In this document: positions 51,401 through 63,567 of the stretch, in pieces
Layout of the letters: each line of letters starts with the position of its first letter
Numbering within the stretch: position 1 is the stretch's first letter
NCBI GenBank assembly: GCA_002633005.1
Contig: NMRA01000412.1
Span: 200,614-264,613, forward strand
DNA: 64,000 nt
Direction: 5' to 3'
Source of the DNA: Phoronis australis
Taxonomy: Eukaryota; Animalia; Phoronida
Notes under the pieces: model-generated
Database searches by the model: none
What the model saw: the letters and a program-made list of their open reading frames with translations, nothing else
What the model was told of the DNA's origin: nothing
Program-made: the position numbers and the translations under genes

Positions 51401-54400
51401 AATAAACATCCTTTTGGTGAAAACTGCTTGACTTGCTTCCCCGAGCAAACACCATTCTTTACTTCAGAAGTAGAACAGCTCTTCTTTGTAAATACTGGTG
51501 TTGACACTGACCTTGAATCCCCAATATTATTAATGTGTTTTAAAGGAGTTTGTTTTCTTGCTTCAGTGCTTATTCTATTGCCAGAGACTGGTGACAACTT
51601 GTCCTTTGGGTTTTGCTTCTTTGGCACATCTCCGTTTAGAAATTTGTCCATGAAATCCTGCGCTTTAGAGAAGAACACTTTCCTTTCTTCTTTAGACAGC
51701 TTCCTAGCTTTCTTCCTCTCCAAACCGTGGCGCAAATCTGCAATCAATGTAAAGGGAAAAGCTTATCTGAAACTGAAAACCCTCAACAACCATGATGAAA
51801 AAGACAACACAAACCATTGATATGTAAACTTAGCATCAGATACATCTTTTAAGAGCTTTAAATTAAAAGATACGAAGCCAATAAATGACAAAGGTAATAT
51901 TATGCACAAAAAAGATAATTTTGGGCATACTAGAATTAGAGCGAATACCACCAAAACACCATTGGAACTGAGGTCCAAAATGTACGCAAGCAACCCCTTT
52001 GTGCAACTAACCAGAACCTAGCTCACTGGTTGTAATGTGAACATTCAAGGCTTTGTAAGCGAGCATTCACATATTAGATCATCACTCGAGGTGGGGAACG
52101 GGCTTGGAAAAGCTGACGTTTAAAAACAGGGGTAGGTAGTGCTCGAAAAGTCCCCCTTTTATCCCTATTGTGGAAATGGCGATAAGATATTCCAGCTGGT
52201 CACCAAATGACCATCAAAAATGGCCATTAAGAGCAGCAGATTTTGCCTGCAATGATTCTGTTGCCCTCTGATTAGTTTTTGTGCATCTACATGTCATTCA
52301 GCCTGAGAATACAATGCCTCACACGAAGTTTTTCAATCATTCGAGTAGCAAAAGTTAGAGCAGCCTGAAGAAATGGAGGAGTTTGCACTTAGATTCATGT
52401 TGCTTACATTCTTCAGCTTATCTTGACATTTCTACAGCTGCCACACACGTTGGTTAGAGAGCGCTGCTTCAACTTTCAATTAGCCTCACGGTAACGGGAA
52501 ATGTTAGGCCGTGTATTTCAATTTCAAAGAGCAAGGGTGATAAGGGTAACTCTGTGGGTCAGCGGGTAAGCGCCTACACCTTGATTTTCAGGTGCGCAGG
52601 AGTTTCACAGCTGTTAATTTGTATGTTTAAATGGCAATTTCTAATAGGATGCATGAGTTCTCAAAACATCCACTCCGTATTTTACTATGTTCATAAAAAT
52701 TGTGGCAGGTCTGCACTGGAGAAGACCTGCACTTTTGCGATGACATTTTGAGCGATCACTTTTAAAATTCCCATTGCCATTCGGCTAAAACAAGTGACTT
52801 TTTGAGCACTGAGAAGGGTTAGACTCATGGTGATGTCATCAATGTGGTTTATAAGAATATCTCCATCGCAGTTTATATCGTTGGGAGACTGATTCACCCT
52901 GTCACGTTTTCAAGATTNAACAAATGGAAAGTTTTTTCAGTTGAAACCATACCAGCAAACTTACCTGAAAACTTCACTGCGTCTAAATCTAGCTTAGTGG
53001 CATCCAGTTCCATTAAGAAAGTTTCAACTTCATCATCAAACTGAAATGAAATGATGTGAAGAACTGCAGCCTATGAGTATGTCATTTGTTGAGGCATATA
53101 TTATACACAACAGATTCATAACTCCGACATTTTCTTACATAATGTCCTAGAGGAGACACCTCCCTCTAAACATAGCAAACTCAGACGCTTTTGGTTAGTG
53201 AATTGTTACAGGAAATTCTTGCATCTATTTTACTGTCCAGTACAACAAAAACATATTTTCGGCATTGAAAACCTGTTCAAAGTCTTCCAATGGTATCGTG
53301 AGTACTTTTGGCACCCTAACTCACAACAGCCGACCATGATTAGCAGACGACGTACTTGCCAGAAGTAAAACGTGCTATGTCTGCCAGGTGTCGCTAGTGA
53401 ATAGTGATGACATGACTTATACGTAAGATCACAGATTCAGACCATCTAAAATATAAGGAGCTGGCAATCCATGTTCTATAATCTATGGTTGAGACTGACA
53501 AAAACCTGGATTTCTTCACAAAAAGATGATTTAGACCGCTTAACTTTAAGAAATTGGCCTCAAGTTGATCGTGAGTCAAACTGGGATTCACATTGCGCTA
53601 GAGACAAGGCTGCACAGCCCCCCCACTTTTTTCACTGCTACGCCACGCATGGTCTATAGCCGGTGCACCACAAGGGGGCTGAGGGGGCTTTAGCCCTCAC
53701 TTTTTGCAGTGCTGCACCACCCATGAGTGATGACATGTCATTGTGTACAGTGGGCATGGTCCCAAGGAGTGACGACTGTCAGTTGTTTGAAAATGCAGAT
53801 ATCACTTCTCGTCAGAGTAAGTAGCAAGATGAGACCAATTTCATAGCGGCAAGTGATTGAAATCAAACGTTCACATCTGAACATACAGAATTCATTAGTG
53901 CGTTTAATGAAATCTGTCTTCAAGAGAGGCTGCTACCAAATTATTAGACAGAACACACAGGTTTATATCCACCTTAAGTACACTCGCACTATTAAATCAA
54001 TGGAGCAACGTATCTTAGCTATTTTATAGCACTGTGGATCATACTTTATTGCTTTTATGTTAAGCATATTGCTTAAACAGCACACACAATCTAGTTTAGA
54101 AGTGGGCTGGGTTGCACAAAACTTCAGTTATCCGCTGGATAAGTTTGATTGTTGCATGACGTCAGGTGGATTGTTTAACAATAACAACGTGGTGCGTGAT
54201 AATGTGACGTCATTGTTGCTATGCAGCGTAAAACTTTTATGCAACTGGACCCAAAAGTTGGATTAAAGGTCATGCACAGATATCTCCCAAAGATTTTCGA
54301 AAATACCAAAAAATTGCCATGCCCTGATGTCATAAAAAGTGAATAGGAGTCTGTGACAGAGAAATACAGAGGTAAAAATAGCTCAAAGAAATATCTTGTG

Positions 54401-57400
54401 AAAACAAATCAGACTAGCACAGCACTAACTATATATTACTTTACATTTAACTAGACAATCAACATTTTATACATGAATGACTAGAGCATTTATCAACGAA
54501 CTCCCAATAACCCCCTCCTCGTCCATTCGTGCCGGATGATTACGCAGCTATCACGAGCATCGATGATCTACAAATCTCCCATGGGCTCTCGCTTGCCGTA
54601 TGTTGAGAAGTTTGCAACTTAATATGAAGTTGACAAACAGCTAATGACTGACTTGTAGTAAAGACCTCTCACAGTGTACCTAGACATTCGGTAACTTGCG
54701 GAACCGTAACGCATCAGTGACGGATTGGACCCATGAGTACTCACGTACGTCTGATACCTGACCATGCTGCTTCCGTTAGTCGCCAGGACAGAACTAAATT
54801 TGTTTGGATGAGATTTCCGTTCGGCAAATGACCATTATTAATTTAAAGTAACTCGGCATTTCTCACCTTCCCATTCGCGCTCAATCATTCGTGCACTAAC
54901 GGTAACGCGAGAATTGCAAAAATGGTCTACAAATCTCCTGTACCGCTGACAGCTGCCGCACGTAGAGACGTTAGGGACTTCATTATGAAATCGACCACTA
55001 ATTCATAATATGTTCACACACAACCATTCTTGCAGAACGAGAAAAACGCAACAACATGAAGCAGGCGAAGTCCCGCACGGCTGAGATCAGACCGCCGACG
55101 CAGCGCCCGTTATCGCTTGCAGGGAAGCTAACTTCTCTATATGGAGTTGACAATTAACAATTAAATTCGAAGTTTGAAATTCACAAAACGTAAACACAAA
55201 TTAGTCTACTATCAACAAACACAAACATGTCACATTTGATATACACAACTTCCATGTTTTCACCCCGACTACTTGTTGCTAACTCCACATTACGGCATCC
55301 GACATTTCAATGGTAAAGCACAATCTAGTAATATGAAGCAAAAGTGCGTCATATTACGAAAAAAAATGCGTGATGTGACGCATTTTTGCGTGATATGACG
55401 CATATTTGCGTGATATTACGCATCTTTGCGTTACGTTACGCACGAGTGCGTAACGTGACGCATTTTTGCGTTATATCACGCACGCAAATTTGCGTTACCA
55501 TTACACACAAATTTTTAATTGCCAATTACCAAAATCTTGTTTGTTGGTTTTTCAAAGCAAAGACAAGTATTTGCTTACAAAGTGATAGTCTTTCGTACCA
55601 AGCCATTTTTTTGAAAATATCTGGATATTTTTCATTTGCGTCACGTTACATTCCAGTTCGGGACAAAATGAGATTTTCCCTATTTAAATAAGATCGACTT
55701 ATATTTAGTAATTGTGTGACAAGAAAGTTTTCTAGGATTAGCAGACCATCCTGCTGAATGCATGCACTATGGATTACCGAAGGTTTTCGCTGAGCTCTTC
55801 CACCAACACTAGGAGGATTGTCAAGTGTTTTATACTTTGGACTTTGAATGGCTGTCATAACCATCTTCATATTCCGCAAGACTGAGGGTTCCGACAATCG
55901 TCCACCTTCTCCCGATTCATTTAATTTTACCAGTTTGTCTTTCATCGTTCTCTTAAACGAGTCTCTAAAATGAATAACAAGAATGCCAAAGTACAATCAA
56001 GTCACTTATAACTAAATGTCCATTACAGACCATGCAGGCAAACTCATTGGACTTTAAGTTCAACTGCGACTAATTATTACTTCGTTGTCAACGTGAAGAT
56101 GATGCCCCTTTACGTCACCAGAAAAGAATCATTACTCAAAACCGAACTCAGAGCCCAATGAACAAGTTTTAACTGCATCTCAGGAACAGTATAATGTGAC
56201 TTACTTCGATTGCGACTTCCCAAAGAAGTGCCTCTTGATATCAGGCACAGACGGTGAAAGCATGGACATCTCGTCATTCAGGACAGCAGGCAACTTTTCC
56301 AGGGAGTTAATCGGAACATTATTCTGTAAAACAGCAAAATGGTTTAACACACCAAAAGTGCTGGCTACAAGCTTCACCTCAGGAAAAGTGAAGTCCTTTG
56401 TACCACAAGTGTCTTGAAATGGTTCTGTAATAGTAATGATGTCATTAGGCGGTAACTTGCCAACCATTAAAGTGTAAAAGGATTGGAAGTCCGTGCAGTG
56501 TTGAATCAAGTGCCATACATATCATACTTGAATTGTACAACAAATATTAACCCGTATGCGTCAAAATTGTGATTACATGAACACAATTATCTTAAGAAAT
56601 AATACAGCCATTATAACTGTACGGAAATCGAGCCCTTTGAAAGATCTCATTTACTTGAAGATTCAACTTTTTATTAATTCACTTGTCACTCCGCCATTTG
56701 TATTTTTTAACTCGTGAGGGCATTCAGGAAGATTTTTAAAGTGGCAGCGTGAATGGTTTCAAATTCAACTCTTCGACACCTTGAAAACAAATTATAAATA
56801 GCTAATATAATATCACACTTACATGATCAACTGGATTATTGCCAACACCATCACAACTTGAAATTTTTATCATGGATATACCAAACTTGTCCTTTGAGTA
56901 AGGCTGGCTACAAATGACCTTTATCCGATCCCATTTTTCACTAGCAATACCACTGGCAAAGTTCTCTACAACAGGAAACAAAATCAAGTTTTCATTAACA
57001 ACTTTCATTAAAGAACCTCAACAATGCAAACTGACTTGTTACTGTATCGTGGGTACAAGAGAGTGAACCAATAAAGGTAAAAATTGACATGGGCTGTTCC
57101 AAGTGATACTAACTGACCAAAATTGAACTGCAGCCTATGCTGGCGAATGACCAGACAAGGCATAAGACTGCTACAGTAGAGGAAAAGAAACACCATAGGA
57201 GGGTTAAGGTTCTGTAAGGCCGTATCCATAAGTCTGCATACTCAGCCAAATATTTGCAAAACTATAGATTTTAAGTAAACGAAAGTATTGTATTATTTTC
57301 TGGAAGAAGAAACCCTGAGGAATTTGATTTTTTACTAATCTTACCAGTATGGGATATGTGAATGGGCCTTCTAAGTAAAATTTATCCAAAAAACAAAGAT

Positions 57401-60400
57401 GCATTGACAGCAAAACAACAGTATAAATAAAACGATCACATCTTAGTTTGATAAATTTTCAATATGAGATGTCAATGATGCTTTTACAGTTTTCCTAAAT
57501 AGCCTTTCACTTTTTGTTTTGTTTTGTTTTGTTTTAAAGTCTTACTGTTTAATGGATCCTCATGCAAACTGGAACCTTTTAAAAACAATTCTTAAGAACA
57601 TATTCGAGAACGACTTCTGAGACAACATGTTAGCCATATATGAACATTTTTTCTAGGGCCCTACATAACCTTAACCCTTATCCTGCGCTAGGTGAGGTCA
57701 GCCGACAAGCCTAGTATCCTATTAAAATGCGTCCGGTGTACTCAATCGCCTATAATTAGCTACGGCTAGGCTGCGCAAGGAGAGTGTACTCACCCCAGGA
57801 CACTGGTGTTTTTCATTCAGAAATTGTGAAAGCCCCATATGCTGTTTATACATGTGAGCATGCGCATTCCACAGTTCATAGTTTCCTGTACATTTTTTTG
57901 ATTTACAACAAATGGCTGTGGTTATTTGTTTCCGAGATATTTGAAAGTTTACGCAAGTTTTATCTTGGCTGGTGCCAAATGTGGTAAGGTGACTATTGAC
58001 CAAGTTTCTTGAGGAAGTTTTCATGGACTCAGATAGTGAAAACGAGCTGGAATTGGCACTCGAAAATGACAATGACAGTGACGGGGAAACTAACACAACA
58101 GTTATAGTAATGCAGATTCTATCGATTCGGATCTCAGTACAAGTTTAAAGGAGTTATCGGTCCCTGAAGCTGAACTTGGAGGGGCCTACGACGATGCTTG
58201 GCTCACGCCCTTCAAGCATAATGAAAGGGCCTCTGAAACATGATGAACTCATTCAGAACTAGATATTTTTGTGACTAATTCACAGAATAGCTTTGTGTCC
58301 CCACCCGTGTTTCAAGTTTTTGCACACCAAGGTGAACTTCAAAACAGACAAGCAACTGCAAGCAACTGCACCAGTCATGAATTCGTAATCGTGCAAAGTT
58401 GAGGTATGTTATATACTGTACATTCTTCTCGTTTGTAGATGTGATGTTACAGACAATAAATGTGCTTTATTAAACATGCAAGTCCCATGAATTCCCTTTT
58501 AAAAGTGCTTATTACGGTTTTTGAGTTTCAGCTCTAATGTTCTCATGTACAAAAACAGATAAAAGCAAAGGGTGTCCAGTTTGAAAGTTTATAGAATTAT
58601 ATACACCAAGGCTATGGTAAAGATATGCATATGTTGAAAATCTCCATTAAATTCTGAACAACTTTCGTGCAGGCCACTTTTATGTAAAGTTGGCATAACC
58701 TCTTCAAATTTCCAATCTAAAAATGTTAGGTCATTAATCGGAGTGACCTTCATAACAGCCCAGTGCACAGAAGCAGTGGTGACCTACTTGGCTCAGCGCA
58801 CAGGGAAAGTTGTCTGAATAGAGGCTTAGCAGGATAAGGGTTAATTACATGGTGTTGTTCCAAATTTTACCATGTTTGGCAAATGATGGAGTCCTACTTT
58901 CAAAGCACAGAACATTACAACCATGCAAACCAAGGTTTTTAAAACAGAACAGTTTGCCCCATCAACAGTATGCTACACTGATTTTCAAAAAAGTTAAGAA
59001 AATTTTGTATGAATTCACCAACTTTTCTGCAAAAAACTTGATTTGGAGCGATACCTGAGTTAAACATCCTCAGCCTGTCCTTGTGTTTATTCATTCTGAC
59101 GTCAGCGATGGTCATGAATAAGGATGCAGGTAACAATGTCTCATATTCTTTAGAATCCGGCCATGATGATCTTCCTACCTTTAATTCCACAGATGCAGTG
59201 TTGTGACTACCTGTAATGATGAATGCACTCGTAAACATCAAAAAATTTCAATCATTACTTCTGGCTTTATTGTAAGCCTGCACAGTCCATACAGAGAACT
59301 TAAATGTAGTGTAAGTTAGAAAATGTAGCACACTGAAATGATTTTACCAACCAGTCACTAGGCAACTTTAAATGTACAACATGTAAAGTACTATACCCAA
59401 AGAATTCCGGGGAACTGAAAGTAACGTATTTACAGTTAATCAATCACGTGTTCGCAACAGTTTTAAGCACGTATACCCCAGTTTGATTGCCCGTAAAAAA
59501 CTAAAGTCACACAGCACTCATTTAACCTAATTCATTAAATGTAACTTACCAATATCTATTGAAGAAATTGTACACATTGTTTCTAGTTGCAAGTGGACCT
59601 CTGTCTTGTTGCACCGGTTAGTTGAGTTACATAGCCACTTCAGGTGAATGTCAGGTTTTAGCAGGTTTGAAGCGGGATTTTTATTATCCTTGAATGTAAA
59701 ATCACACAATCAACTGCCAGCAATTGCTGCTTGAACACCACTGACATCAACCCTAGGGACTCAGGTGGTAGGTTGGTAATCCTCTGCATCTCGCTAACTG
59801 AAAAAATATTTCTGGAATCCACAAATAATTTTTTATTGAAAACAAAATGAATACCATTAAAATCAAACAGGTCTTTTACACGTTTTTCATCCCTTTCCAG
59901 TTGACGTTATAGACTCATGTATGTGACCTGCCCACTGATACAGTGATGCACTGTCTGGAAAACACATCAGACAACCTACAATTTTTCACAGGTAGTCTTA
60001 TCATGATGGATGTGAGATATCTTTTGACACTAATGAACAACTGTGAAGAGACAGCAAAACACTACATGAACATCAGTATATGTATCTTCCTTGAGCGACT
60101 GGTAGGGGGAGTGCATCACAGCCTGGACAAAACACAGTTAGTTTATTCTGACTGATGTTTTTGGACCAACGCTTGTTCTGCTAGAACATATCTCTAACAT
60201 ACACTGAATAAGCAAAAAAGGAAATGCAGCGTATGCCATTACACATACAGGAATGTGTTCAAGAACTTTGGCAATGTTCGTCTTGTCACTACATAGCAAG
60301 CATGATTACCTACTGCTTTACCTTCGATCAAACAACGATCCCAATCAAAGGTTCAGCAACAGTTAATCACAGCGATCAACAGTCGTCATATCAAACACTG

Positions 60401-60796
60401 AAACACGGGTGAGATTTAATGCGACCTGACGTCAGACTTCTGGGCACGTCTGTTTTCCTGTGAAATGGCATACGCAGTACCCCTCCTTTATTTGTGCTGT
60501 AGAGGTGTCGGGTAGATCTAAATGAGCTCCCAAGCATGGTACGGACGAGGATGAACAATCTCCGAACAAACTCCCTGGGCTGAAGCCGTGAAGGCTGTAG
60601 CAAAGGAAAAGCCAAAGCCAAAGGCAAAGTATGGTACAGTTGGCAGGGGCCCAACTCCGCCAGGTCGAGGGCTTGTCCCCAACATTTCTCTACGTCTAGT
60701 TACTTGAAGTTTCACACAAAATTTCCAGAATCTATAATGACTCCAGCTCACCTGTGAACTAAAGCTCAGCAAATGTGAAATGTTTACGATTGGCAT
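48450..60796 (-). CDS. XNDC1: XNDC1-like protein (XRCC1 N-terminal domain, SIM, C-terminal UBZ4 zinc finger), 10 coding exons, 614 aa
   Basis: complement join of 60752..60796, 59550..59688, 59055..59210, 56823..56965, 56205..56323, 55778..55964, 52965..53040, 51136..51737, 50115..50212, 48450..48729 = 1845 nt; all GT-AG with consistent phases. MPIVNISHLLSFSSQD.KNPASNLL...LQLE...IDIG...VGRSSWP...TLLPA...RMF...WDRIKVICSQPY..FG matches the XRCC1_N fold; SFSSQD and VG.SSWP are XNDC1-like. C-terminus CPICQEMFPNYMITAHADIC. Exons 5-9 rest on splice and phase logic only. Confidence 0.88.
49584..49683. mobile_element. 5'-truncated copy of MITE family A
   Basis: CAGATTCCATTTGGCAG...AAAATTCTGGATCTGCCCTG matches the 3' part of 1546-1710. 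Confidence 0.8.
54104..54252. mobile_element. PIF/Harbinger-like MITE, inverted copy of 41221-41372
   Basis: GGATAAGTTTGATTGTTGCATGACGTCAGGTG is the reverse complement of the 41.3-kb copy; TIRs GGG..GGTTGCACAAAA / TTTTATGCAACTGGACCC. Confidence 0.75.
55345..55507. repeat. 20-bp-period array of 16-bp quasi-palindromes TGCGT.A..T.ACGCA
   Basis: Units at 55345, 55367, 55387, 55407, 55427, 55447, 55467 and 55491. Confidence 0.9.
57675..58840 (+). mobile_element. Non-autonomous piggyBac-like element in XNDC1 intron 3
   Basis: TTAA|CCCTTATCCTGC ... GCAGGATAAGGG|TTAA (perfect 12-bp TIR, TTAA TSD); acidic N-terminal remnant EEVFMDSDSENELELALENDNDSDGE at ~58010-58090. Confidence 0.88.
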
Positions 60797-61679
60797 TTTC
60801 ACGGGCACTACACTCTACTACAGCAGCAAACAAGATCTATAGTTCCCGCGTAAAATTTGTTTATATCTGGCAAACTCTTTCCAGTTAATCTGGAAACTTA
60901 TAAAACACAATTAGATATGACAAGAATGAGGATCCTTGGTCTTTATTAATCTATTGCACGAAAAGTCCGTAAACCGATTTTACCTTTCAACTAAACATGA
61001 ATATTTATTTAGTCGAGCTGATCAAAATTCCTCCATTTCCGTTTTAACGGAAGTTGTATTGCACATGCGTCAAAGATCCGTAGCAACAGCAGTGAGGTGA
61101 TTCGTATTCGGCAAAAATGGTAACTTTTTGACCCTTTAAACGTTTCCAACAAGTTTCAGGGTTGACCGAAAAGCATCAGAAACAAATGCAGAAAAGAAAA
61201 AGCCCGACAATTCAACTCAAAATTGATATCAGTATTTTAAGTTATTGATTTCTCGCATCTATTTTGATTTCTGCATGGCAGGGTTATCACTCTGTCTCGG
61301 CATCTGGCTAGACAGTGCCACCGTCGGGGCGGTGAAGCTCCTATAGGTGTTTGATAGGCTGGAAGTTTTTTCGGCATCAAATTCACGTTGATTTTAGTAC
61401 ATGTTTGCGCTTAGAGGGACACCTTTAATTTCTTCCAACTCCAACTTGAACAAATGCTCCCGTAGCCAAACTTTTTTTTCGAGCAGTCTGTTCAGTTTCC
61501 TAAATCAGCATCCTACTTTTACTGCTCTCGTCAAGAGTGCTGGCAGTGTTAAAAACCGCCAATTGCATTCGGGCAACTGAACGAAGGACTGCTCAATTGG
61601 AAGGAAGGAATTAAGGACATCGATAGCCTCCTAGTGTGCGCCAGGAACACATTGTTAAGTGTCCATGCAGTTGCCTATT

Positions 61680-62280
61680 TGGGCAACTGAAAGAAGGGTT
61701 GCTTGAAAAAAGTTTGATTATGAAAGTATGTGTTTGAGTTGGAAAGAATTAAAAACATCAATGGCCTTCTGTGGTGTCCCTGTATGCACAAAAGGTATTT
61801 ATAACACCGTGACTTTGATATTTTAATCAGTGAGGCATAACTCACCAAAAAGCTTCCGGTATATGAAGGCCCTAATAGAGCCTCACTGTCTCTACTGGGA
61901 CCAACTAGAGATGGTGATAACTGTCTAGCATCTGGCAAGTAGTGAAATCTATCATTTAGTTGTGAAAACTGAGTTGTGACCTTGTGAATATCAAATCAAA
62001 AAGTCCTGGTCCTGATTTTGATCCACCTTCACTAGTTCACTGTTTCAGGCTCTAGAGTCTCTGTCTTCACTGTTTTCAGTGCATGGAGTTCGAGGTCACT
62101 GTATTCCAGGACCTTTCACGTCATCGCTGGCGGGGTGGGGGTTTGGAAAGGTGATGATTTATCAGAAGGAGAGAGGGTTAGACTCTTGGTGATGTCATCA
62201 ATTAGTTTATTAGAATATCACAGTAAATATCGTTAGGAAACTGGTTCACCTAGTGGAACTGGGACTCACCTTATCACGCT
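61680..62280 (-). mobile_element. Highly decayed Penelope-like retroelement fragment
   Basis: Broken minus-strand peptides ...SLTLSPSDK, SDLELHALKTVK, SFLVSYASL, LILSNSNTYFHNQTFFKQ resemble Penelope pre-RT/RT segments; ~62170-62250 is repeated at ~52810-52900. Confidence 0.4.
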
Positions 62281-63048
62281 TCTGGTTTTGATTGATATTT
62301 CTCTAGGCTGGTCTTATAAAATACGCAGGCAAATGACAGACCCACTCCATCACAGCCTAAAGGGAGGGGTGGCTGTGATGATGTAATTAGAGGCTGGACT
62401 GGGGAGTTTATATCACGATATTGGGTGATGTCAGGGAGTGGGGGGTGAATGCACCCTTAGTTAGTGATTCGAACATTCCTGAAGCTGGGCGTATGATTCC
62501 TCATCAAGCTTACATCACAGAGACATGTCCCAGTAGTCCCAGATATGTTGCATGCTGAAAGCCTCTGAGTCCTATTATCGCCTCGCCTATCAGAGACACA
62601 CTGCGTGTTGGTGTTTGAAGTTCCTGACTCTCAGAAATGATGCATTGTTGGGTCCAGTTGAAAACGAATGAAGGAGGTCTTCTGATTACAAGAAGTGTCG
62701 AATTGAATGAATGCTAACTAGAGTAGTTGAGATCCACCACCCTTTCTATTCAAATAGAAAATTAAGGGTATAGTACATCTTGTGTTCGGTGTCAGACAAT
62801 TACCCCCTCGGCTCAAAATCCTTCATAGCCTCACCTCCTGCCTTACAGAAGGCCAGGTGATCAGGATACCTTGTCTATAAGTCTTGGATGGACCCTTTCT
62901 GCTTTTTCCAAACAGTTACGACTCTGGTTCATTTATTTCCTGTAGCATGTAGTTGGATGTGTGCATCGCAACTTCATGGAATTTTTACCAGGTCGTCAAA
63001 CAAAATCTGATGTCACCCTATTGTCTAGAGAATGTTTGGAAGCTGTAG

Positions 63049-63567
63049 TGTAGGAAATTTCGGTGTCTCCGGTGGGACTTGAACCCAGGTTGCACAAGTG
63101 ACAGTCAAGCATCTAAGCCATTCGGCCAAGAGGCAATTGCTGCTTGGCAAGCGACTTTGAGAGGCTTTATATTTCTGTATTTTTCATCACAACCGGAAGT
63201 TACGCTTCACAACACTACTCCTCCTTCCGTGAAACAGGCGCGCTCCCTGGCGTTTAGATCTCAGTAACACCCTAGCGTCCTGGAATTTGACCTCAGCAAC
63301 GCTCTCTTTGTGTTCTGAATCCAGCAGTACCAGGTCGCCCTCTCTCCATCCACTGCTTTACATCTCAGGATTAATTGTGGATTTTTCCTTAGTTGGATTT
63401 CAATGTAGAAAATTTCTGTGTCTCTGGCTGGACTTGAACCCAGGTTGCACGAGCGACAGTCCAGCAACTAAAACATTCGGCCAAGAGGCACTTGCCACTT
63501 GATAAGCGACATAGAAAGGCTTTATCTGACTACTTGTCATCACAACCAGAAGTCACGCTTCACAATA
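63049..63567 (-). mobile_element. TRIM (miniature LTR retrotransposon) with tRNA-derived sequence inside both LTRs (Helenus/Cassandra-like)
   Basis: Direct repeats 63049-63214 and 63404-63567. On the minus strand they read TGTTGTGAAGCG (TATTGTG.. in the 5' copy)...CTACA. Polypurine tract GGAAGGAGGAGTAG abuts the 3' LTR; 189-bp internal region; flanks GTAG/GTAC; A box TGGCCGAATG and B box GGTTCAAGTCC in each LTR. Confidence 0.78.

Noticed and set aside
56324-56509. 5' part of ORF 56201..56509 as coding
   Set aside because: The upstream acceptors are phase 1; only the acceptor at 56324-56325 fits the phase-0 donor of exon 4.
56823-60796. Calling the gene XRCC1 or TRPC2
   Set aside because: No BRCT, ankyrin or transmembrane exons were found; the motifs fit XNDC1.
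61140-61185. Hammerhead-ribozyme-like CTGATG...GAAAC on the minus strand (and CTGAAGA..GAAAC at ~13850)
   Set aside because: Core is mismatched or helix II cannot form.
63062-63490. Two tRNA-Asp genes
   Set aside because: Acceptor and anticodon stems pair poorly, and both copies lie inside LTR-like repeats; they are tRNA-derived, not functional tRNA genes.
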